A DNA stretch of 64,000 bases, from positions 558,001-622,000 of the forward strand of contig NW_026515678.1 of the NCBI RefSeq assembly GCF_025526975.1. The letters run 5' to 3'. The translations under genes and the position numbers were made by a program. Shown piece by piece: positions 1 through 13,479 of the stretch (its first letter is position 1; each line of letters begins with the position of its first letter). The DNA comes from Fimicolochytrium jonesii. Its lineage: Eukaryota. The notes beneath the pieces are model-generated. The model made no database searches, had not been told where the DNA came from, and saw only the letters and a list, made by a program, of their open reading frames with translations.

Positions 1-3000
1 ATTGTCCTCCACAACCATCACCAAAGATTCTTGCAAATCCGATGTCACCGACAGTGACGACGGCGTACTCCTGAACCCTTTACTAAGCGATCCAGACGAC
101 AATTTCTGCGACAGCTTCTGCTGCGATCCATGCTTCGGCCGCGACGACCCTTCAATCGGCGTGTTCGGCGAGAAACTCCGCTTGCGCGTCTCAAGCCCCA
201 GATGCTTCTGCGACTCGGTGGTGCGAGTCCGGTCCGGCGGATTCGCTGGTGGATCTCGCAGCTCGTACCGAATGTAGAACTTGAATGTCGTCCCAACGCC
301 TTTGGTGCTCTCAACCAATATTTGACCGCCCTGCAGCTCGACAAGCTTCTTGGTGATGAAGAGTCCTAATCCTGAGCCGCCGAAATCGCCGTACGTTTTT
401 ATGGCGGGTTGGGAAAAGCGACGGAATAATTGCTGTTGCTCGTCTTGGGTCATGCCGACGCCTGTATCTGATACGCTGATGGAGATGTAGATGGGTGGGC
501 CTGGAGAGGTCACTTCGATGTCAGTGTGTTTGGCGGATTCTGAAACAAACACGCTTATGATCAGTAAGAGCGCAGATCGTCCTGACGGTCAGAAGTATGG
601 GTATAATTACCACCAACACTAGACTCAGCATCGTCAACGTTCATCAAGTCTTCATCGAGCATCCTCGGTGCGTCGAAAGGCTGTGCAGAGCTGGCATTCA
701 GTAAAACTTTGATCTCTCCCTTCTTGACCGGATTTGTGAAGCGCATTGCATTCGTCAACAGGTTGAGCTGTAATCGAAAGAAACAGGAGGTCAGATTCTT
801 CGCCCACGTACAGCCCTTGCCAAATTCCACTTCCAAAAGCCAAGTATAACCCACCATGATCTGACTCAGCCTCTTCGGATCTCCACACACCCAATCAACG
901 CCAAGCTTCTCATATTCCGGATCCACAATAAGGGACAGACTCGTGCCCTTGATCTTAGCCTCCGTCTCAAACACGCGGATCGCATTTTTGACCTCCACAT
1001 ACGGCTGGAAGCTATCGTTCGAAATATGCAGCAGGTTCATCGAGATCTTCGACACCTGCAGCACGTCGTCCGCGATGTTTTTCTGGTGGTGTGCGCACTG
1101 TATGATGGTTTCCACTGCATCAACGTCATGCGTCAGTTCCTCTTCCATTTTGTTGAGCACATTCTCCAGACTCGCCATGGATGGCTCGTTGGTCTCGCCC
1201 CACTGCATCGACCCGAGGGTTTTTCGCATCATTTGTGCTTGCCGGTTGACGTTTTGCAGAGATTCATAGACCAGATCCGCGTTGTGATATATCCCATTGA
1301 GCGGGTTTCGCAGCTCGTGGCAGGTCATGTCAATGAAAAGCTCTTGTTTCCGTTTCACAGACTCGGCCTCCTCCGCACGTCGTCGCTGGTACTTCTCCGC
1401 CATCTCCAAAGCTTCTAACCGCTCTTTCTCCAACCGCTTCCGCTCAGTCAGATCGGTGATGGTACCAAGAAGTCCTATCGACCGGCCCTCCTCGTTGTAC
1501 TCCAGGATGGTCTCTTGCAACACCCAGTGCTCGACGCCTTTGGTCTCATCGTAATACCTGAACTCTGCTGAATGGCGCGGCAACTTTAGCGCTTTCTGCC
1601 ACTCCTCTTTGGCGTGGTCGCGGTCTTCGTGGTGCACTGCGCCGAAAATCTTCTTGCCCGCTGGGTCCAGCACGCGATCGTGCATGCTGATTTCCCAGAA
1701 CTTCTCGTTGGCGTAGGTGAGGTGGCCCTTATTATTTGACTTGAAGATCCCAACTGGGCTGAGGCTCGACATGGTTTTGTACCGCCACTCCGACTCCGCA
1801 AGCTCTTTCGTCCGTTCTTGGACCCTCTTCTCCAATTCCAGTCGCAGTCGTGACACTTCTAGGTGTGATTGTACGCGTGCTTTGAGCTCCTTTCCAGAAA
1901 ACGGCTTGACTAAATAGTCATCTGCACCCATTTGCAAACCATCTACTCTCGCTTCCTCGCCCGCTCTCGCCGACAGCAGGATGACCGGTATCCCCTTCGT
2001 CTTCGGATCTCCTTTCAGAGCACGAAGGAGGCCTATGCCGTCGAGATTCGGCATCATGATGTCACTTACGATACAGTCTGGCGGATTTGCCTTGACGGAC
2101 TCCAGCGCTTGCAATCCGTCAGAGACTTCCGTGACCCGCCAGACTTTGCCGAGGATAGATTTGACGTACGCCCGCATGTCGGCGTTGTCGTCTGCCAGTA
2201 GCACCCGGCAACCGCGCGTTGTGACAGGTAACCTGGGTTGCATTGTCGTGGATGTTTCTGACAAGGTCGGTTCGGAACTGGTGGTCGCGTGATCAACAGG
2301 TGTGCTGTTCCCATCGTTGTCCCGCAAAGACATCCAATGATTCGCCTCTTCGATAATGGAGCTGCCGTATGTCAAGGAACCGACGGTATGCTCAGCCTCT
2401 TCTGTTTTGTTGAAGTCTTCGGATACCATATCTGGTGGGAGATGACTCGATCCGAGAGGAATCTGGACGAAAAACGTGCTTCCGGCCCCAACTGTGCTTT
2501 CCGTCCACAACTCGCCGCCGTGCAACTTCACCAGCTCTTGCGTGAGCGCCAGCCCTATCCCGGTCCCCTCGTGACTACGCCCAGAAGCTCCTTCGACTCG
2601 ATGAAATCGTTCAAATACGCGGTCAAGTTGATCGCTAGGGATCCCTATCCCGCTATCTTGCACGGAGAAGATAAAGCGCATCTTATCGCTGCTGGTCGCA
2701 ACTGACACGCGGATTGTGCCCTTCATCGTGAACTTGAATGCGTTTCCGATCAGGTTGAAGACCACCTTCTCCCACATGTCGCGGTCAATATAGGCTTCGC
2801 ATGACTCGTCACATTGCACTTCGTACTTGACGCCCCTCTTTTCGATGGCACTCCGAAACACGCTCGCAAGGTCTCTCGTCAGGGCGGCGACGTGGGTCTT
2901 CCGGAAAGATGCCTGCATTCTTCCGGCTTCCAGTCGACTGAAGTCTAATATGCTGTTCACCAGTTTCAGCAGTCTTCGAGCATTCCGGTTAATGAGCGTT

Positions 3001-4888
3001 AACCGCTCCATTTGGAATGCCGTAGGTGATTCCTTGGAAGTCGTCAGCAAATCCTCCAATGGGCCCAGCATGAGCGTTAACGGGGTTCGCAGTTCGTGTG
3101 AGACGGAGCTGGAAAAGGGATACTGAGTGTTAGAGAATCTGTAGCCATACATGAAACTCTGGAAAAGGGATGCTAACCTGAAGAAGGCGGTTTTTGCGCG
3201 ATCGATGGTAGCCAATGCGTCTGCTCTCTTCACTTCCTCGTTGAAAGCCATTATATTCGACAAGCTGCTGGCCGTTTGCCTGAATAGAAGCTCAATGAAG
3301 GTGCTGCAAGCGAGTTGGTTAGACCAGGAGAATATGTCCGATGAATCAGTAGCGTAAGGACACATACATGTAGTCCTCATCGTATGGTAGCCTACTACTT
3401 GTTCCAATGATCATGACCCCTTGTATGTCCTCGGCTTCACTTCCAGCGATCGGACAGACCACTACTATTTTGGAAGGATCTCCGAATCCTCGCCCTGGAA
3501 TACCTTCCACGAGCTCTTGATTTCGCACCTCCACTGTCGTCCGCTTGGTGCAAACCTCGTGGAAAGGCCATATTTGCGGCAGCTCAAAGTCCCTGGACAG
3601 GTCAACAGTGATGTCTTCGATCGCGGCTCGATGATCCCTTGTGATCCCGATCACTTCGGCTAGGCGTAGAGAGAACGGCCGCCCAATGTCGACATCTCCG
3701 TTGGTCGCCTCCGCGATTTCCGAGCTGCCCGTGTACAACAAAGCAAATGTCACGTCTCTTTCGCTTGCTCTGAGAACGTCCGCAGTAATGCTAAGAAGGT
3801 TCGACACGTCTTTGGCCTGTCCAGCTGCAACACTGTATTCCCTGAGGGCTTTTAGGCGACGTTGAGCTATCACCTGACGAGATGTTTCAACCGTTGGATT
3901 CAAGAGACCGCCTACAGATCCATCCTCTTGACGGATTGGGACATAGGACCACTACCGAAGAAACGCGCGAGTCAGGTACATTCCTCCTTTTGTCCAAAAA
4001 ACGTTCAAAGTATTGACTGACCGTGTGGTATGTCTCTTCAGGGAATCCGTTGCGTGTCATGAACAGAAGATCGTCCACGGTGTGCTTTCCAGCGCCCAAC
4101 AGAGCCTGCTCAGCAGGGCCTTTCAGATCATCCCAGATCTCACTCCATGCCTCGGCTCCCGGTTTGCCGAACAACCATGGATGTTTGCCAGCACAAATTG
4201 GAATGTAAGCGTCGTTGTACAGCAGGATGAACTTCGGGCCCCACCAGATGGACATGGGGAAAGGCGATGCCAACATCAACGCGAGCGCAGTCATAAGGGA
4301 CTGAGGCCACGTATGAACTGGACCAAGGTGACTCTCGGTCCAGTCGACTTCTCGCAACAGCTGTCCCATGACACCGCCACCGGCAAAGGATTTGGCCAGC
4401 CGTGGAATTGCCTTCCATCCAGTGGGATGCGTGAGATCGCCAAATGACTCCACGATTTCACCTGTATCTATCTGTTCGATAGTCGTCGACGACTCGGCAA
4501 GCCATTTGCCGGTCAGGGTGATATACTCTGGTCTCATCCACACAGCGGACCACTCGACCAAAGCCGCGCTCCGGCTCGGCGACGTCCATCTCGAGTTAAT
4601 GATTTGTGTTGTGAATGGTTGAGGTGATTGTCCGCTCGCACAAACGAACGAGATCCAGTTTTCGAATTCGCAAGGGTTGTCCACGAGAATTAGGTCGGCG
4701 ATCGGAGAACCTTCAACAAGGTTGTGTGTAGTGTTTAAGGCCGCATAGAGGGAAGGGTTTACGTAGGAAATGGTTTGTTCTGCAAACGAGCTTCCAACCG
4801 TCAGGACGACTGCAGGTTGTGGCAATGAGTCGAGGTACTGCAGGAGCCCCAGAGCTGCCAACGGTCTCGGATTGGATTGTGTTGACAT
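1..4888 (-). CDS. Dual hybrid histidine kinase (PAS-like/GAF-like - HisKA/HATPase - REC - PAS - HisKA/HATPase); multi-exon, 3' end beyond the window edge
   Basis: ATG at 4888 (MSTQSNPRPL). Sensor segment DWTESHLGPVHTWPQSL...LYNDAY. H-box1 SHELRTPL, N-box NLIGNAFKFT, DSGIGI, GTGIGLAL. REC LLADDNADM...SDIMMPNLDG...DDYLVKPF. PAS domain. H-box2 CHELRNPL, NLLTNAMRFT; the exon at about 270-500 encodes DTGVGM...GGSGLGLFITKKLVELQGG. GT-AG introns include 768-854 and 3109-3177. Confidence 0.93.
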
Positions 4889-5350
4889 CGTAGGGTTGTG
4901 TCTGAGGGCGGGCCTGGTCGTAGTCCAGGCGAGGCCGAGACCGAAGGATTCTTTTACTAGCGTATCTTTGTCTCTGGCCGGACCCCCAAAGGCACAGTAT
5001 AGTGATGTAGTTGGCTGTCTGTACCGAAACTCTCTCTTCCTCAGTTGGGAGCAGTTGGGAGGAGTCCTTTGCTTCAGGTGGGCGTGGGAAGATACCGTAT
5101 GCAGGTGGAGGGGGCTTCTAGACTCCTGCAGACGGTCTACGACACAAGCCCATACCATACCGCCGCATAGTACTGTACCGAGGCCCTGTTACCTTGGAAA
5201 TCGGCATCGACTGTATCGTTTTGCCACCACCCGCGCGTCCCACTGGCATAACACATTGTAGTATATACCACAGTATCCCCGATACTATCGAACCATAAAT
5301 ACTTATGTCCTTTTTATCTACATTTTACTCCGAGTCTTTATGGCCTAATA

Positions 5351-5386
5351 TGACGTCAATTGCGACGTTATTAAATAATGACTCAT
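5351..5386. promoter_or_regulatory. CRE (TGACGTCA, 5351-5358) and AP-1-like (TGACTCA, 5380-5386) bZIP motifs upstream of the dual kinase
   Basis: Exact consensus matches in an AT-rich intergenic patch about 460-500 nt upstream of the ATG; function not demonstrated. Confidence 0.3.
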
Positions 5387-5739
5387 GCCGCAGAGAAGGA
5401 GAGAAGCCGCGTTGATTTCTCATCTGGCGATCCTTTGTTTGAACTCATGGCGGAGAATCGAGAGATTAGGCAAAACCTTATATTACTGCCATCCGGCGGT
5501 TCCGCCAATTATAAAGGACCTTGCGTTGGGAACCAGTTAATTAGTTTCGACAGCGCGCGAACCCGCCGTCATTCCACTCCGGATTTCACCTTACACATTA
5601 TATCGAAGACCACTTAGCTCCTTCACCATGACTGCGATGAACAAGGCCGTCGCCTCCAGTGCCACTGCGGTAGCTAGATGTCGAACTGTTTGATTTTGTA
5701 GCCACTTGCCAAGCAACTGAAGTTGAGCAATACTCGGAA

Positions 5740-5763
5740 GCAACCGAGCAACCGAGCAACCGA
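5740..5763. repeat. Short tandem repeat (GCAACCGA)x3
   Basis: gcaaccga gcaaccga gcaaccga read directly. Confidence 0.85.
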
Positions 5764-6238
5764 AATCCCCCAAAACCCCGACTGCGATCGGATATCTGAA
5801 GACTCTGCAAAAACGCTGAACACTGGCTCGGTCACACTGTCACATTGGGCCGTCAGCCCAGCGCGTCGCTGTCAGCTTCTTGCAAAGGAGCTCTCCATCA
5901 GCATCCGGAAGCGAGCGAATACAGGAACACCAATCTGATGCCACTCTCGCTACCAATGTGTTCAGTAACTTCAGTGTTCTGGCATGACGATGGCAGGGTG
6001 TGAAACCGGTGTACTTCGTAAGAGAATAAATTGCATTGTATAGTTGTGCTGCTGTGAGTGCTATATGCAAACGTGAAAACGTCGAAGGGACAGCCAGCCC
6101 GCATCACAAAGATCAATCCCTTTTAAATAGCAAGAGATCCAAAAAAGAGGCACACCCACGCAACCTTCAGTAAGTTGCCTTGGATATCCCAGAAGCCCTT
6201 CCCTCCATCCTTGCAGAATCACGATATTCCGTCACCAC

Positions 6239-9200
6239 CTATGCCTCGGGGTCGTGGGTCGCCGCCGCGTCCTTGAGCTTCCACCAACAGTTATGGCAGA
6301 TCATGTCTTCTTTCGCTTTCTCAGCAACCATTTTGGATGAAACAGCATCGACGACCATCCCGGTCTGACTCTTGTCGACCGATGGCTGCACCTTGATAAC
6401 CAACCGCCCATCATCACCCGGCCCAATCGACACAGTGCTCTTGCGCCCGCGTTTCCCCACCGAGCGAGATTGGTATTCGCCATAATCCCCCTGCTCGGCT
6501 GCGTCATCGTCGCGCGATTTTCGCTTGTGAGATGGTCGGTTGACATCCGAGGGCACGAGGACGGGTGGTGGCGGCGAGCTGGAGGAACCTGAGTCCTCTT
6601 CGCAAAAGCCCGGATTGGATTTACGGCGTTTCGTGCGCATACCGCGGCCGAGAACTTCGGGTTCTGATTGGGGTTTGCCGTCGTCTGCGGCGAGTGACGA
6701 GGGTTGGGCGGGGTCAGAGTCGTGCCCATCGTCACTGAGAAGCTTTCGTTTCTTATCGTTGTTTGTGTTCCCAGCAGCGATCGCGTCGGCTGGTGTATCT
6801 GCCGGTTGCTTGGCGTCGTCTTTATGTGTCTTCTCGACAGGCTCCATCCCCAAAGCTTTCAGCACTTCAGCCCTCTGCCACCATATGGCCGACACTGTGT
6901 TCTTACAATCAATACACTCATGACTTGGGCCTGTCGAGGGGGGTGCCAAAGCGCTCGTAGACCCGGAAGGTCCAGCCGTGACAGATCTGTGACGCGCCGA
7001 AGAAGCCGAGTTGCTTGCCGCTCCTCTCTCATCTGCCGGAGATATGATGGTCCCGTCGGACCCCTTCCTGCCAATGTATTTCGGTCGATCGCCGTGTCCG
7101 CCCAACGAGATCAGGATGACATTCGGTTTGTGGACTTTCTCCGGTTTGACATCTGCCTGCTGCTGAGTGCTCGCTTGGGCAGTAGTTGCGCATCCATCTT
7201 GTGGTGCATGAGGTTGGTGATGTAAGTGGCAGGAGCATTTATCCACGAGCGCCATTGAATACGCCCTGCGCTGTCCACCGGTTCTCAATTCGTGCTTGGC
7301 GGTGGCGGTGTTGGACTTCCTGGTTAACGCATAATGCCGCAGCAAGGTCGACCTGCAATTTGGAGTCGGCTTCCCTTTCAACCCGTCAATTTGGTCCGCA
7401 TCGGCTGGATTATCCCCTCTCTCGTAGGGCTCCAGTGTGAGACGTGTAGGTTGGTGGAGAGATGATGCCCTAATAGCGGCCCCAACTGCCTCGTAGCTCC
7501 CTGGAGTAGGCTAAAGGCACGAGATCGAGAATGTTAACGGATGGTATCGATTGAAACTGGCTCCATGTCCCAACGCGACAAGCGACGTACCAGTAAGCCA
7601 TGTTTCCTATGGTCATGTTTCGCGCAGAAAGCTTGGCACACAACATCCCCCTTCTCCGCGCCTCCAACCGCATCCTGCTCCGTAACAGCCATCTCCAGCC
7701 CGCTCCACATCGCACACGAAACGTGGAACGCGACTTGACACCCGCGTTCAGAGCAAGTGATGCAAGCTCCTTCATGTCTGTGGCAGATGGAGCAGTTCTG
7801 CTTCCAGCGTTTCTTATCGATTATCCCGATGCATTCAATGGGCTCCATTGTGTTGACGTCGCCGAATTTGATCTCGGGAATCCAGATGGCGCAGGCGACG
7901 TGGGCCCAGTTGTTTCCGACGGTTCGTTTGATGGCAGAGAGACGGGGACCGGGAACCATGGCACATAGAACACAGTTGTAAAGCTGCCGTGACAGAAGTG
8001 CTGGAGTCAGCTGGCGGTTCCGTCTTGAACCTGAGCAATCTTTTTAGAACTCACCACAGAACACTCCGGCTGTCGAGTATTCTGACATCGAGCGCACAGG
8101 AATCCTTCTTCTACCGTAACTTGGTCTGGTAACCCGTAACAACCTGGAGATATCCGGAACAAACTTAGAAAGCCTTCCGAAAACCAAAGCTGCTCCCAAA
8201 ACCCAAAATACCTTTATGCACCCTCAACTTGCATCCCGCACACTCCACAATCTGATTGTTCATCTCCTCATCCAAATCATCACAAACAGCGCACGGGCGC
8301 GGTCGAGATTCATCCCACTCGGGGCTTGGTGGAGCCGACTCTTCCTCTGCACGTGGTGCTCTGGCCACCGCGGCGTTTATTGTCTTGCCACGGGCGCTCT
8401 TCTTCTTTGGCTTATCTTTGTCTGATGCGGGCGGCTCGATGGATTGCTTCTTGCGTTTTCCGCTCTTCTTTTGTGCTGAGGATGCAGCTGTACCGCGAAA
8501 TAGAAGAGTGAATGGCCGAAGAATTGGGAAGGATTCAACTTCCCCGAGTTAGCTGACTGGGCGCATACCATGCTCGCGATTTGCCTTGCGCATACTCTCA
8601 GGCACCGGCCTGGCAACTCCATACTTGAGCCAATAGACCCCGCAAGTGAAGCACAGTATCTCGTTCTTGAGATCAGGACGCTGTCGAACTTTCCACTTGG
8701 TTGATTCCGTGGTATAGCAATTGACACATTCCAGGTGATGATGCGCGTTCGGGTTGGACGGGGATTGCTGTGCGCGCCATTCGTCTTCGCTGATATCGCC
8801 AGACAGATTGCCTTCGGCGTCCAGCGCCGTTCCATCCATGGCATGCTTTTGCGATTTGAACTGCTTACTGTAGGTGCGGGATAGGTGTGAGCGTTCTCGT
8901 CATGCAATGTACGAGGTCTTGATGAGGCGTCTAACTTACCTAGGGCGATACTTTTTGCAGAACTGGGAGTATACCGGAGCATAACGCCTTGTTTTCTTCC
9001 ATTTGTAAAAATATGTTACAATTTCCGGGAGCGTCTTTGTCTTGACCTAGAGGAGGAATTCGCGGAAGAGCGAGCGTGTTATTCACCTGCATTGCCGCCG
9101 AAGACCCCGATTCTTCTTCACAAACGAACTTCCGCTCTATCCTAACGTACCTCTCTCTGAACGAGGTGAAGCTCATGTCCAAACTTCGTAATGCCGGTTT

Positions 9201-12037
9201 CAAAAGCCTTGATCTCCTGCTCCGTCCAAGCCGGCACTCCCAAATCGGCTGCCTTCAAAGGAAGTATGACCTGCAGCGCCTTGGCGATGTTATACCCAGC
9301 TTTGTGCAGTTCTTCGTGTGCGCGGTTCAGGAGATAGTCTGAGCATTTGATTGAAGCGGGCATGGAGTCTTGAATGCGCTTTATGTAGTTGTCGACTGTA
9401 GATGGTTAAACTTGTTTTAGCACTTGAACGAACAGGCGAGACGAGCATAGAGTGAGCTAACCTTCTTGATCAGTCAAATCAGTCGGCATGCGGAACACGA
9501 GCTCCTCATCTGTTCCTCGTCCTGACGCAGCTGAATGCAACCAGGGTCAATGTCACTATGTGGGCATGAAGGGCGTAGCCCAAATTCGTCTGCTATTCGC
9601 TCCATACCTGGAATGATGATAGGTGGCAACCCTGAATCCTTCTCCTTTCGCTTTGATGCTTTGGGGCGACTAGGCGGGTTCAACTTCAAGGTGATTCTTC
9701 CAGCCTCAGGCGTTGACGCGCTCGCACTAGTAGGCGCAAGTGCATGCGGCGGCAAGGGAATCTCCTCTTCGTCCGGAATGTCCATTCGCATGGGGTCACC
9801 GATCTTGGGAGATGTCCGTGCGGCAGGCGTGGATTCCGGTTCATCAGCCCTGGCCTTCCCCGTCTCAGGGTCACGATTGTCGGTTCGAGTAGGACTTGTA
9901 GATGATGGGCTAGGACGCACTATGCTTGGAATGACGGCCTGATGACCATCGCCGATTCGTGGCGAGCGAGATGAAGATGACCCTGCCGATTCGCCCTTGG
10001 CTGCACGCGGGCTCGAGGGCGGTGACGCTGCTTGATGGGATAGCCCAATGCTAGGTCCGACGGCAGATGCGGTTGAATCTGTTCCAGCACCTATCAATGT
10101 CCCAAGACCAGGAGCCAATGTCTGCGGTTGGTCCTGGTTTGCGGGAGGGGTGCTGCCGGTCAACTTATTGATAGCCGCCGACCCCGAAGCTCCATCAGCT
10201 TCACGCGGAGATCCAGATTTTGGGCTTGGGGTGACGGACTTGTCATCTTTGTTCAGACTGGGGATCCGGATTTTCGATTGCATCAATGGGACGCATTCCG
10301 GCAGGTCTGCTTGATACGCTTTGCCGATTCTATTGTGTGAGAAAAATCTGTCAGAATGACCTTTATGGACTTGATTTGAGCAGAGCTCATGTACCTGCTG
10401 GCAGCGCGCGGATGTCCACGGTCAGGGCCTTCTTCAGCTGTTGAATCATGAAAAGTAGATGTTCACAAGAATCAGAATGAGATAGGTAAACGTAAGACAT
10501 TTCACCACTTGGGGTTAACTTACCAAGAGATTCACGGTATTTTGCGTATTCGCCGAAGTATCGGTAAGGCCAGATAGGTTTCACCGTTTCTTTATTGACG
10601 GGCAAAGGAAGCTCGATCTTCTCCATCTGAACCTCGCGATTCTCTGGCTTCGAGGAAGACGGCGTAAGCGCATCTGCGGCAATACCAGAAGGTGTTCCAG
10701 GATTATCGCCTCCCTTGAGGGCAGATGTCTTAAGGCCCCGGTTCCTTCTCTCAAGACCTTTCTCGCGCTCTTCGCGGCCTTCGAGTGCCTCCTTATTGCA
10801 TTTAGCGCATTGCCAGGCGAAGCCTTTGGGAGGTTTCTTATTGAGGCCGACACAGCCCAGATGGAAGGCGCCGTTGCACGCAACGCATTTGACGACCGCT
10901 TCGTCGGGATTGCACCATCTGTCGCAGCTGTTGCATACGCGTCGTTCGGTGAAGTCCGATGCTTTGCCTGCTTCGACGAGGATGAACAGGTAGTCGGATA
11001 AAGCGTGCGCCACTTCATCAGGAAGGTTTCTGACAAGCTCGAGTGGGACGACATCATACACGCGGTGGGTATAACGGTCGTAGACTGTTCGAAAGAATGG
11101 GAAGGCAGTGAGATAATAGGAAAACGCATTGGGCATAGTCTATACATGTGGCTGCATGATCGTGAGTCTTACGTTGATCGTAATAGAACGTATCGTCTTT
11201 CGCTTTCCACTTGTCCAAGTCCGCAATGTGGTGTATATGCATGATCTCGCATTTACCGCGTATGCTTGTTACGCTGCATTTGTAATTAGAGATATTTGTC
11301 AGGAAATGGGCGGTCGTGACATCAACTGCGACGACGATGGGAAAGAATCTCAAGTTACTTACGGATTGATGTCCGAATGCATGGAAGCGAGTAATAGTCT
11401 TGGGTCGTGATTTTTCTTCTTGCCACCGGGTAAGACATCCTTCGGCCTGTAAAACCATCCGATGCGTACAGACATGTGCTGCTTGCCAGGGTGCTGTTTC
11501 GGTGGTGGGACGAATTCTAATACCCGGCCAACGTAGTATCTGAATTCGGGATGTGGAAGAAGGGCGGAAAAAATTGGTGAGAAAATTATAGAAAATGAGC
11601 CCGATAGATCATTCACCGCTGTCATTTTCAATATGTGAGCGTGGGAATGGGGTGACTTACAGCTCATTGGAGACATCCGGTGCCAAATAAACGAAATCTT
11701 GAGAGAAAATGGAGAGGGCAAAGACGTCAGAAGATTGGAACCATGTTCTCAAGGCCAAATGATCGAATTTAGATCCCACGTATCAGATCCAATGCCATCT
11801 TCAAGGGAGCGAGTAAAGCTTACCGTTGATGGCATATACCTGGCCGTCCTTAGCTGTTATTTGAGTGATTGGCTGCTTAGGACTTGTCGCTGAAGCTCCA
11901 GCACGCTTGGGTTGTCTCGTGGGGACGACTTGGTCTGCCGAGGAGGCGCCTGAGCCACCGCCTCGAGTGGAGCTCCCGGCTGTCGCTGAGCGTTTGGCGT
12001 TCCGCATAACTGGTTCCGCTTGAAGCAGCCGGAACAT
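6239..12037 (-). CDS. SNT2: SNT2-like chromatin protein (BAH, PHD, ELM2/SANT, GATA-like Zn finger, PHD, extended PHD); multi-exon
   Basis: BAH (YYVGRVLEF...WFYRPKDV...DPRLLLASMHSDINP). PHD (CNSC...CVAC...HLGC...WQCAKC). SANT (WTEQEIKAFETGITKFG). CVNCYTTESTKW...CFTC finger. Second PHD (CAVC...CAGCKLRVH). ePHD (WAHVACAIW...CSIC...FHVSCA...FCAKH). Stop TAG at 6239; start could be 12037 or 12007. Confidence 0.88.
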
Positions 12038-13479
12038 GAAATCACCCGATTCGCCGGAAACGGCGGTGGTGCTGTTTCTGTCTCGGAGGTGTCTGGGGGT
12101 TTGCGGTCGGTATGTGCAGGTTATTTATTCAAATACTAGGAACGACGTCAGTTTTCGCCTGGCGAAGAAGAGGATAGGGCCGCCAGTTCAGTGCTTCTTG
12201 GGTTCCTTGCCGGAAGATAGAGCACCTGCGGGCTCTCGAAAGCTTCGAAAGGGAAGTATGTTGTCCTTCTTTTCGCACGAAGGCTCGTCAAAACCGGCCG
12301 AGATGATAATGAGGCGACGGGAAGAGTTGTCCGGCTGGAATCATTCGCTCTCTCTTGACGGGGGGCCGCTCATCAAGCCAGAAACACACGCAGGGAATAC
12401 GCGAAGTTGCTTTATTCGCCGGCCTCTGCAAGCATATGTTCGTTTGACTTCGCTTTCTCTCTCCGCCGTGGCCTGTGCATATGCACTTCTCTAAATCTAT
12501 CATTATCGGATGTAGGGACGAATGGCAACCGCATGGGCGAGTTCTGCGTCGATGGCTATCCTTAAGTTTAGTACCGGGCACTTTTTTTGTCTAATCATGT
12601 CTTCCTAAAGCATCCCTTCACATATGTGATTTTCGACGCCACTTTTCTGTCGTGCAGCTTTCTCCTGAGAGCATACTACGGGCGACTTCATACGATGGTC
12701 ATCCGATCGCAAAAATGCCAGGCAAGGACCATGTGGAGCCAGAGGCTGCGCTCTTCTGAGAAGTGTCGCCATGGCCATTTTCCTTATGAGGTTCGCCGCA
12801 GGGAGAGTACCGTGCTGGGAATTCCGTCGGCCATCATCTCACTTATGGAGAAGCAAGCGACGCAGTGTTTCACTGAGAACCTCTACCGTAAATACCGGCC
12901 ACGTTTAATGCATGCGAACCGTAGCGCCAGTGGCCTCCGTGAGCATCATGACACCAGGACGATTCTCGTAGCACGCTTTGCCTCAGACCCTCCGGGCAAG
13001 TGTCAGCTGCAGGAGCTACCTGCCCGAAGCTGTTTTCGTTGACCAGGGCCATGGGTGGAAATTATTGCAGTGCGTGGAGGTCACTGCGTATGTCCTGCGC
13101 ATTTGCGAGCGTTGCATTCCCCAAGGTTCGCCTCGTAAGCCTCGTACAGCCTCCGTTGTAAACAGAAGACCGGAGCTTGCAAGTTGCAACGCGTCTCAAC
13201 CTTTTTCTCGTTTGGCCATCTGGCGATCGCGAGAACATGTACGGAGAGTACAAATTCTGTTTGTACTGCCTTACAGAAGAGTATAGGCTGCCGTCTCTCC
13301 GCTGGGTACTACCGACTGTATAGATACTAGGTACTGTTTAGGCCCCTCTCCGTCCTTACCTGTTCGATTCTGCTGTTGAAAGGGTTTTCCTCCTAACCAC
13401 AGTACCGCAAAGCCATTAGGGGTGGTTATCTTCAAAGCTACATTACATTGACAGTCTACTTTGATCAGACAACAAACAA

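Noticed and set aside
12036..13286. Several 100-150 aa ORFs between SNT2 and the monooxygenase
   Set aside because: No motifs or consistent coding signal; treated as intergenic.
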